DNA of 53,640 bases, the filler included, from Jimgerdemannia flammicorona (lineage: Eukaryota): the NCBI GenBank assembly GCA_003990765.1. It is 2 parts of 2 records of this genome, joined end to end, with 100 filler letters (N's around TTAATTAATTAA, not from the genome) between each part and the next. Parts side by side here need not be neighbours in the genome. Positions count along the whole stretch, not along the records: positions 1 to 26,770 come from RBNJ01000696.1; positions 26,871 to 53,640 come from RBNJ01000697.1. The stretch is one strand, 5' to 3'. Of the stretch, positions 23,811 through 34,496 are shown piece by piece; position 1 is the first letter of the stretch; every line of letters begins with the position of its first letter. Below the pieces are notes generated by a model. The model was not told where the DNA came from. It searched no databases and was given only the letters and a program-made list of their open reading frames with translations. The translations under genes were made by a program, and so were the position numbers.

Positions 23811-25702
23811 ATTGTCTATGATACCTGGACATCCCGGTTCTCCCCCGTATAGCGCATGTAGTTGTTGCGTTGTGTACTGCTACTATTATATAACGAAGCC
23901 ATTTTCGGCTTGAGTTCAACCTGAAGCTATGAATAGGGAGTCCCAAGTCAGTATTGGCATACTGCTCTTAGCAATGCGTGGGAATAAAATGCCATTTTAA
24001 TAGGTAAATTTAAGCACCAATCACTCCAATCGTTTTAATATCGTGTTTTCATGCCACGAGATCACGGCGCTCTTAAGTCTGTCAGGGGTTCACTTCCCTC
24101 AGGTGTTCTGTGTCGCTGCAAATTCTTTTGGATAAATGTTTGTTGCCACGTGAAGAGCGCCATAATTTCGCGGGAATGTAAAGCGGAAGACATGGTATCA
24201 TGGGAATCATTCCTCATTTCCCGGTCTCAGGTGCCAAAACGTTTGTGGAACTCACATTGGCGTAAGGTCGTATTCATACAGTTTAAGAGCAATTTCTCTC
24301 CATTTTTAGCCGAAGCCGTCAATGGCACATCGGCACATCCGTGAACTATTCGCACAAATAGAAATTGGGCCAAAGATCATTTGACTTCAATTTCAATCCC
24401 GTTTCTCGCAGGCTTGCTGGAACGATGCCGATGGAAACACTCCATCCTCGATCAATGTGCTTGTGTTGCAACATCACACGGACCTGTGAGAGGTTTAACG
24501 GAAATGTGGCCTTTGTGCTCCGCTTCAAAGCTCGCGGTCTTCGCATAAAGAGGCCCGAACGGTCGGATCTACGCCACTCCACATCGGTATCGGGTTGGCT
24601 GCGCTAAGAAGAACGTCGTTGCGCCGTTGGTCATGCGTAGGCTGGCTGTTGTCGTCATGGCGCTGACGCGCCTCATGACTGGGTGGATGGGTATCGGTAT
24701 ATTGGCTGATCCGGTGAACGGAATGTGGATAATCTGTTTGATGCAATAGTAAGAGGACATTGTACCAGAGAGTGTTTTGGCTGTGCGAAGCTTATGGAAC
24801 CGAGTGAAGGTCTGAAAGCAGTAGACATAACCGGACCATCGGCTGCGATTTTTTCATGGTTCCGCGCAAGGTTGCGCTATCGATTGATAAGATGGATCAG
24901 ATTAAGGTTGATAAACAAATTGTATATTTTTCTATCTATGCTTCGAATTACAGTATTACGCATATCTTCCATGAAGACCGGGGAAATCGTTCCTATTCTG
25001 TAGCCCATCTCATGTTACGGAACACTCGTGACAGAATCGTGAGCTCTTTTTATATATAGACAAATCAAAAAATAATTCGCCAAGCAAAGCACAAAATAGC
25101 CTGCTGACCTGAGTGGTGACCACGATTTGGGCTAAGGCGCCAACGAGCACCTCGGCCGTACACGGTACGACGGACACTGGACTATGTAGGCCCACCTTCT
25201 GGTGGTTGCCGGAACACCGGGAGCGCCCGTTCGGTGCGCCAAAGCGGGGTTGCGCGCACGTTCCCCTCCCACGCCCCGTCTTGTCCCAAAACGGCGGTCG
25301 AGGTGGGACAGCAGTCGAATTAGGTGCGACATCGCACGAGGCTGGGTAGGATCTGGTAGTCGCGCTCGGTCCAGGGTTTTGTTTTAGTTTTATGTTTGGG
25401 CGATCGGAAAGAGTGAGACTGTGAGGTAGATCATGCGAATTCGGAATAAATAGGTGGGCTGGTGCGCAGCATTTTTCCTTGCTTTGCGAATCCCCCTTGT
25501 CCATCATTATTTAGAACCCTTAACTATCCCTTCCTCTCATTTATGATCTTGCACTGACCTTTTACATAATTACTGTAACGACAAACTTCCCTAAGCTCAG
25601 TAACGTTTCTTGAGCTTTCCCTTTCCCCCTTCGCTTCACTCCCAACCTCAACACTACACACACCCCCACTTCACCTTCACCTTCCCCCTTCACGCCAATT
25701 TC

Positions 25703-26476
25703 ATGACCTCCTACATTACCAACATCACCAACATCGCCAAAACCGTCATCTGGATCAACATCCGCATATTACTACAATCCATCAACCTTGCCATACATAT
25801 AGCATCCACTCCTCTCCGCCTCACCCTCCATCTCTTCCCCACCGTCACAAACCCCCTCAACCACACCCTCGATGCGCTCCTGATCCACTCCGCCCGTCTC
25901 ACCCTTCTTCCTTACCACGTCTTCGCGGGCCTCTTCTCTGTCTTCCAGCTGGTCTTCCTACAACCGGCCCTCTCCTCTTTCGCGCCGCCTAAACCCACTA
26001 GTCATGAAAATGTCCGCACCTCTCCCCCAACCAAACGCGTCATCCTCACCCCACAACTAAGCGCTTTCCGCTGCCAGCGTCCCAAATCCGACGCCCCGGC
26101 CTCCCCCACAACCTCCCCGCGTTACCCGCGCCGGCCAATCCTCCGTATCGACACCCAAGCTGCCGAGGCCGCACTGGGCATGCACGGCACGCGCCGCAAC
26201 CGTCCCGCCCCCGTCCGCGTCGAACCTACTCCGGCGCCCGTCCCGCGCCACGACGAGGGTTACAACTCGGCCGGGTCGTCCAACAACTCGGGCGAAGAGA
26301 TCGAGTTCCCCGCATACGACCACGAAGCTGCCGTGCTTGTCGCCAAGAAGAAGCGCGCCCCAAGGAACAAGAGACTCCATCCATCCAAGAAGCTGTTCGC
26401 GGGTAGGCTGCCTGTCGGAATGAGCGCCGAGCAGAAAGAGAAGCTGATCGCTAAGTCCGTCGTTGCTGCGTGCTAG
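25703..26476 (+). CDS. Hypothetical protein (257 aa), hydrophobic N-terminal half and Pro/Arg-rich disordered tail
   Basis: ATG at 25703 within the 288-codon ORF, C/G-ending codon bias like the neighbouring genes, and a pyrimidine-rich leader. Confidence 0.72.
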   Translation: MTSYITNITNIAKTVIWINIRILLQSINLAIHIASTPLRLTLHLFPTVTNPLNHTLDALLIHSARLTLLPYHVFAGLFSVFQLVFLQPALSSFAPPKPTSHENVRTSPPTKRVILTPQLSAFRCQRPKSDAPASPTTSPRYPRRPILRIDTQAAEAALGMHGTRRNRPAPVRVEPTPAPVPRHDEGYNSAGSSNNSGEEIEFPAYDHEAAVLVAKKKRAPRNKRLHPSKKLFAGRLPVGMSAEQKEKLIAKSVVAAC

Positions 26477-26770
26477 GCCGAGCAGGTGTGACGTGGTGTG
26501 ATGTGGAAGGCGCTACGGGTTTTTGTACAATACCGTCAATCCGCTCCATATACATAAATACATGTACCCTCGCATCTGTTCGTGACACACATACATTCAC
26601 ACATTATCATAGTCCGTCCTCTACTGCCCTCGCTCGTAGATAAGCGTGAGTAGAAAATATATATTTAAAATATATATTTTAAAACCATCGTGAAGGCAGC
26701 TGTGAGCTTGTTCTTTTATTTATGCGTGTTTATTTGTCGCAAGATAAAATAACAGTTTCTCGGGAAAAAA

Positions 26771-26870
26771 NNNNNNNNNNNNNNNNNNNNNNNNNNNNNN
26801 NNNNNNNNNNNNNNTTAATTAATTAANNNNNNNNNNNNNNNNNNNNNNNNNNNNNNNNNNNNNNNNNNNN
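26771..26870. other. Artificial contig linker N44-TTAATTAATTAA-N44
   Basis: A 12-mer with stops in all six frames, centred in a 100-nt gap. Sequences on either side need not be adjacent. Confidence 0.95.
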
Positions 26871-28084
26871 TTTTTTGTTTTATAGACTCAGAATCCCTAT
26901 GGATTTTTATTGGAAGGGAACCTAGACTATATAGGCCAAAACCCTCCCCCACCACCCATCAAGCACTGCCCCCTCATTAATCTAGGCTAGCTATTATTTA
27001 GCAGCTTGACCATGGCAGATACAGCAGGGCCTATAGTGGCCTGCACCTCATTCTGTATATCATACTCTTCCTACCACCAAGAGGAACTCAGCCATATACT
27101 AATAACTGAAAGCACATACCTGAAACTCCAACATATATACAAGGCCACATCTAAGCTGAATAGAATAGCCCCTGCCATTCTAAGAAGAATGACAGACAAA
27201 AAAAAAACTCCTATCAAAGTATATCATAGTAGATAGAGTCTGGTTCTCTCAAATGAGATGAGTAAAGAACTTATATATAAGGTAGGAGGAGACCCCCAAT
27301 ACCCCACTACTCAAGTCTGCAGACCTCAATTATGTTGCCATATCAGCTTCTGGTTCCAGTTGAGTGTAGCCAAGATGCCTAAAATAGGTAGCCTCAGGCC
27401 TCCTGACCCCCCTCAACAACTGGGGCCCAATCTCACATATCACCAAAAGAAGCTGAGAGTGACACTTACTATCTAACCACTCTATACTAATCAAAAGGCC
27501 CCACCAAAGCAGCACTTGTCCAAGCCCCAATAACTGCCCCCAGTCTGGTACTTTACTGGTTCATTATTATTACTCTTTCTTCTATCTATAACAGCCATCT
27601 CCTCTCTTATCCTAACAACATCTGAAAAACAATTATCTACACCAGAACTGCACTTATCAGGAAGCTCACCAAAGCCAGAGGACTCCACCACAGGTACTGA
27701 GGACCTGTAAATAACCTATACTGGGCACTTGATGCCTAAGGTTGACTGACTTCCTATATAATCTATGATATATCAAGACAATACCTTGTTAACAATGGCA
27801 AAAGAAAGAAGGTACTACACCAAAATGAGTATACTTTAAATATAGCTGAAGATACCAGAAACTATGAAAAAGTAGAGAAAATACTGATCTGATATCAATA
27901 AAAGAGCAACTCATTACTATTGTCCTCCTCTCACTATATTCTTGCAGGTATAGCAAATCAATCTAAGATAGAGAGAATAATAATAGGGGAAAGAGACTTA
28001 GAAGGTTGTCTACCAAATCTTGTGATCAGTAAGATATGTAGTAGAGAAAAGAGCTGAACCTGAATACTCTCAAGTCAAATTTCT

Positions 28085-31000
28085 ATCAACAGAACTGCTC
28101 TTAGTTCTTACACACTTATATCTATCTACAGGATGAATTCTTAAGTTCAATCAGATCTTCTGAGGATAGATGCTTGAATCAGTCTGATCTTGAGCTCATC
28201 AAATGCTTTTTGTTATCTGCCTGTCTATTAGAACTTGATATCCTTCTTATTAAGTTTATAGATTGGGTCTGCAATGTTGGAGAATTTTCTAATAAATCTA
28301 TAATAGTATATATAAAGGCAAGTCCCATAAAGGCTTGGGCTTTAGTAACAGTAGTAGGTCTTAGATATACTATTATATACTGCTTGTATCTTAAGGGGGT
28401 CTATGTGTATTCTATCTTAGTTAATAATATAGTCAAGATAGGAGATCTCAATTTCTGCAAATTTGTATTTCTTGGACTTAATGTAACATTTTAGCATAGT
28501 TTATATCTTTTCTCTGTCTTTCTTGAATATTCTATAACCTTCCAGCACTTTCCACATACTTAGAAATCCCCTTTTTGATACCAAGTATTAACTAGTACTT
28601 ATTTAGCTAGTCACGGAATATCCTGGAAACTTGTAGAACTTTATTTATCATCATTTATCATCTTTGCTAAGAACTTTCCTCTTGGCATTTTCTTTTGATT
28701 TCTCAGATCCTTCTGGATCCTTTCTTTAGATCTTGTATAAATATCCCCTTTGTTCTCATAAATAAAGTCTCAGAATATTTTCTCCTAGAAATCCTTTAAG
28801 AATACTTGAATCCTTAAGTATCTCTTTGAGCTACTTAGAACTACCAGAACTAGTTGCTTCCTTATTTAGAAATGAGAACCATTATACTTAATATATAGAT
28901 CATACTTCCTTAGCTTCTCCATCATCTGCTGGATATATTGCAGATATTTCTCTGGTGTCTGGTTATAGATAATCATATTATCTATATAAATTATTATCCA
29001 TCTTTCTATATTATAGTAGAAGATTTTGTTCATCATTTACTAGAAGTTTGCTGGTATGTATATTGTATATTTTGAATAATATTTATAGATAGATATAGAT
29101 TCTATCTAAGGTGATAAAGACTGACTTCTCACTTGCTGCTTCTATAAGACTGATTTGGTAGAATTCTGAATATAAGTCTAAGATACTATAATACTATACT
29201 TTATCTCCTAGAGTTATAAGAATATTGCTGATAAGTGGTAGTGATTAGTAATTCTTCTTAGTGATCAGATTGAGTTTTCTATAATTAGTACAGAGTCTTG
29301 AAGTAAATTTTCTAGATTTGCTTCTCTTCTTCAGAGCTAATATAACTAGTAAAGCCCAAGGACTACTGATTTTTTTTAAAGATATTAGCTTCTTTTATTT
29401 ATTTAATTTCTTCTCTAAGTCATTTATAGTAGGCTGGTGGAATTGATCTTACTTTTTAGTAAATTGATTCAGTATCTCTTATATCTATATTATAGTAATA
29501 ATGTGAAGTTTTTCTCTTAATATCTTTAAAATCTATAGCTAGAATATTCTCAAATTTATAGAGTATCTTCTTGAGTTTCTTCTTAAGTAGAAATTTATTT
29601 CTGATAGTATAGCTATACTTGTTTATAATTTTCTCCTTTTTGTGATCTAGTTTAGTAATCTTGATACTAGTGAATACTTCTCTTCTAATAGATCTAAATC
29701 CTTTTCTTTCTCTTTCTATTTTCTCCAACTTCTTAACTTCTATAATTTTTGGCTAAAAGACTGAAAAGATTAATATTTATATCAGATAGTCCTTCTTTTT
29801 GATTGGAAATAGTATTATAGACTTATAGTTTCTTATAATAAGTAATATTTCTCCAATATAGTTTAAATTGATAACTCTTCCTTTAATGGTGATTTTACTT
29901 TAAGTCAGACTGCTTTTTATTTTGAGAATTTCAATATGGTTTTTTAGAATGATCATCTCCAGATTAGTTATAAGTAAGGTGGTTGTCTGAAGCTTAAGTA
30001 TAGGTTTCTCTACTATGGTAATATCTATTTCAGCTATATTTTCTAACTTGTATTCTGATAGAACTATATCAGAGTGAATCTTTTGAATCTTAACCTTGAT
30101 TTCTTCTTCATCATTACTATCTTCTAGGAGGGCTGGTGGTTCATTATTCTCTTCTTTATTCTCTTCTTCTTTCTCCTCTCTTATCTGTTTCTCAAGGGCC
30201 TTCTGTCTTTTTTGATAGTAGATATCCTTGATTTTATTAATATACTGATAGTAATCATTAATATACTCTATATAGTATATTTTGATCTTATGGGGGCAGA
30301 CTCTTTATGGTATATATCTTTTTATAATCTTCTTATATCAGTCTTCTTCACTTATCTATCTAATCTTCTTCTTCTTTTTCTGAATAGTTACTATGTAAGC
30401 TTTCTTTTGCTCACTTTTTTCTTTCTCTATTTTAGATAGAACTCCTTTTTGATATTGATGAAAATTTACATCTTCTGTCTCTGATAGATAATTTACATTT
30501 AGATTAATTATTATTCTAACTTTATAAAGTCATTAGTTGTTGATAAGAATATCATAATTAGTTATATTGGTCATAATTATATCTACTGAGATAGTTACTC
30601 CTCCAAACTTGATAGGAATATCTTGAATCTTTTCCAGAGATATGGCTCTTATACTATCTGCTATAATAAATATTAATTTGGTTACTTCTTCAATCTCTCA
30701 ACCTAGGTGGTCTGTTGTTTTCTTACTGAGAAGATATTCTTTTGCTCTATTATCAATAATAACTTAGAAGACTCTATCTTCAATCTGATAAGTTATATAA
30801 ACAGAGGTCTTATAATTATCTTTACTTCTTTTTCAGAGTTCTCTTAAATATTATTGGTCTTAGTTAACTTTCAATCTTAATTCTTGATTATCTTGGTCAG
30901 TCTAAATCTTATTTACTATCTGGATATAGGTATTTCTACCAATTGGCCAAAGGTTATACATATTGACCTTTTGTTTGCTGAGATCTTTGAATATATTATA

Positions 31001-32951
31001 CTTAAAGATCTTAGTTTTGTGAAGTTTTCTCTTTTTTTCTCTTTTACTAACTGGGGTAGTTTCTTGAATGATATCTTAGACAGTTTATTCTAACTCTATA
31101 TCTTGATCTATTTCTTTAGTTTGACTTTTTATAGTAGTCTTTATCTATTTTTCCACTGAGTTCTTCTTAGATCTTTCTGGTAGTCTCTTGTAGGATTTCT
31201 TACAAATATCCTACTTAGTAATCTGAGCTAGATAGGTCTCTTATTCTTCTTTATCCAACTTTTCAATTTCTTCAAAGGTAATAGTATTGACCTGTTTCTT
31301 ATTTTGAGTAGTATTATTTAGCTAGACTTTATACTTGATCTCACTTATATATTTATATGAGTAGTGGCCTTCTTCTTCATAGATATAGTAGATATCTCTC
31401 TTCTTATCTAAGGTAGTAGTAAACTTTTGAACTAGACAGTAGTCTCTTCCTTTAATTTCCTTTATCATATTTTCTAGATACATAAGTAATAATTTCAGTA
31501 AACTTCTTGGTAAGTTTCTTTATAGAGTTACTATTTCTCTACTACTCAATAGCTCTTAATTGAGATATATTTTAATTGATCACTATAGTAGAGATTATGC
31601 TGATTATTCTAGTAACTCTTTTCATTATATAGTCTTATAGATATCTGGCTATCTAGTATTATTGAGTATAAGTAATTTTTTATAGTAAATCTAGAACTAC
31701 TAGTAATGAGTGGATAGCTATAGTTATCTTTAAGTAGACACTCTCTTTATAAAGGTTGTCTCAGCTAATTAGTCTTAAATAGTATTAGTATAATCTATAG
31801 AAATTATTTGATATTGGATTCTAATATAGAATATGTTTAAATTCTCACTTATTCTTTAATATATTATATTGAGCTAATTCTTTAGAGCTTGCTTAATCTC
31901 ATCTATATAGTAGGTGACTTAGAGTCAGGTCTTCTATACTATCAGTACAGTATTATTATCATTTTTTATATAAATTGTAGCTATGAATTCTGTTCTTACA
32001 GAGTCTTAAAGATTGAAGAGTATGAGAACTACTTGTTGTCTTATTATCAGAGTTCTTATAATAGTATATTGCTCAAAATAATCAATAAAGATAATGATTG
32101 ATTTATCTGAAATATATCTATAGAATACTAGTAGTCTTATATCCATCTTGTCTGGATATCTTGATTTGATTTATATAATTATTCAGATAGTAGTAGTTAT
32201 TTATTGTTTAGCTTAAAAGTGAGAGATTTGTCTTAAATTATTAGCTAATAAGTACTAAATTGTAATATAGTAGATATATAACTATATAAGTATATTAGAT
32301 TTCTATATCTTGAAAACTTGATCTTTGACTCTACAGAGTCCTTAGAATATAGTAGTGGGTAAGTTTGAAAAATATCTATTTATAGGCTTACTAGTTTTCT
32401 TATTTTCTCTTTACTTTGATCTATTTTAATTTGAGGTTTATTCACTCAAGATACTGGAGATATTTATACAAGTTTGCTAGCTATAGTGTGACTAAGTTAT
32501 AACTATATTTTCTATAAGTTACTTTTTATAAGTATTGAATCTTTTTGATATCTGCTAAGATTTTGATAATTATAAGAATTTCAATATCTATAGAATCTTT
32601 AGCAATTGTTAAAGTTTTCTATATTTGTAAAATATGACTACTATTCATAAGTCTAAGCTATATTTGGGAATCATATTTAGGTACTATAATTAAATATCTA
32701 TTTTCTTAATTCATATTACTAATTTGAATCAACTATCACAATATACTCTAAATATTAGTAAGAATATATTTTTAATAAAAAATATAATAGCTTATAAAGA
32801 TAATAAAAAGATAAATATATACTCTAAAAGTAAAATAATTTATAACTTAAGCAATAAAAAAAAGTTAATAATAGTATCAAAAAGAGAGAATTTCTATATA
32901 ATTTCTATATATTTATTTAGTATATTATATATATATAAATTTGATAACTAT
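28085..32951 (-). mobile_element. Highly decayed Gypsy element (family C, related to family B): gag-protease-CPH motif-dUTPase-RT-RNaseH relic with a probable LTR remnant from about 32498
   Basis: Minus-strand relics: AFDELKIRLIQASILRR (about 28150-28210), IYIDNMIIY (YxDD relic, about 28970-28995), KIERERKGFRS (dUTPase motif 5, about 29690-29730), VCPH motif (about 30290). GTTATA-ACT-TAGTCACAC at about 32485-32503 resembles an LTR end plus PBS. Confidence 0.75.
28482..28886. mobile_element. 405-bp solo LTR (or small LTR-type insert) inside the RT of family C
   Basis: Ends are TGTAAC...ATTATA (decayed GTTACA), flanked by the 5-bp duplication CTTAA (28477-28481 and 28887-28891). Removing it restores RT LYIK-SKKYKF. 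Confidence 0.8.
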
Positions 32952-34467
32952 TGTAATAGTGACCTCAGAATGATAACATTAGCATAGGAGACAGTCTTTC
33001 CTTATAAGTCACCAGATCAGAGTACAAGAAGATCATATGGCATATAAGATGAGCAATGATGACCAACTGTGAGTCATTGTGACCACAGTATAAGCATTCT
33101 GAAGAATATAAAAAAAGAATTAAGGAACTGCAGTAGCAGCAACCAACAAGAACTACCAATCTCAAAATAGCTCAAAGACTTACTATAAATAAAATGTCTG
33201 CTGTCTGCCAAACCTCAAGGTCAAGGAATCACCAAGGCATCTCAGTTGAGGAAAGGATATTCCAAGACATCAGAAGAGCCATGAGAACCTGCTCAAGAAG
33301 GACTCCTAGTGTCAACCTGGGTATTGCAGATCTCTACCACTTTATCCTCTACTACTGTAAAATAGAAACAAGGATCACTATTGCTACTGAATGCCTCCAA
33401 ATATGGCAGAAGTACAAAATAAGAAACCTTCTCTGTTGAGAGTTCCTACAGACCAGCCCTCAAGAGCTACAAGATGCCACTTTCATAGATATATGCAAGA
33501 CAAGAATAGCTAAGAAGATCCATCAGATCTTCAGGCATGCACCATGGTCAATCCCCAACTTGGAGTATGTTAGAGTCTCAGATTTCAGAGACCTATCATC
33601 CTACTGTATCAATGTACTAAAAACCAGAGTGGCTACAGAAGCTCAGTCCACTATCACCCTCAATAGTGATGAAGTAGAAGACTTCTAGCACTCCATCCTC
33701 CAAGACAATCCAGACCAATTCCTACAAGGATTGATCTCAGTATTCCAAGGCCCAAGTATCCAGATTAGATCTCCCCAAGATCCCATATTTGTCACCTATT
33801 TTGTGGAAGAGAACCTTATAGACTAGAGAGCCCCAGACCTCCTTCCCACTACTGAATATGATGACATCATCAGTGATGACATCATCCCACATAATATTAA
33901 AGTATATGAAAATGACGAGTTCACAGATCTCATCTCCTTCAGTGATAATGAGGATAAAGCCCCCATGATCCTGAACTTTCTGCTCTAAGTTCTTATTATA
34001 CTGAATAATGCCAGTACTAGTATTTTGATGTAATACTGGATAATACCAGCACTGATATTCTGAGGTGATGTGAAATTATTCCAGTACTGGTATTCTGATG
34101 TGACACTGAATTATACTAGCATCCTGAACCTGTACAACTATCAGTGCCAACCCTGGAACTTAGTAGTTTTAGTTATTAGAATTTATATTTAGCTTTATAT
34201 CTTAGTAACTATTGAATTATATTTTATATAAATATCCCTCTTATTTCCTCTGAAATAAAGTCAGTTCCTCTCAGTACAATATGTATACTTCCTTATAAGT
34301 AATCTAAGAGATAACAAGCCAGTTTAAAGATAAGAAGTTTGAGGACTATAAGACCTTGGGAAGATATTTCAATAAGAACTTGCTTATAACAAACTTGAGT
34401 TAGTCTAAGAGATATACCTTGAAGAGAATCTGGTATATTTGAAGAACTCAGTGACTACTATGTGACA
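32952..34467 (+). repeat. 5' LTR, family B
   Basis: Colinear with 40112-41627. Internal tandem repeats of about 35 bp (about 33998-34125), TATAAATA at 34227 and AATAAA at 34254. Confidence 0.95.
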
Positions 34468-34496
34468 ACTTAGTGCCCATTAGCTGGTGATTCAAG

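Noticed and set aside
22123..25507. Short ORFs in the CpG-rich intergenic stretch
   Set aside because: No domain motifs, codon bias or consistent exon chain that I could support; a small spliced gene or ncRNA cannot be excluded.
26871..28084. CpG-depleted segment with short ORFs
   Set aside because: Probably decayed repeat DNA, but I found no diagnostic motif to classify it.
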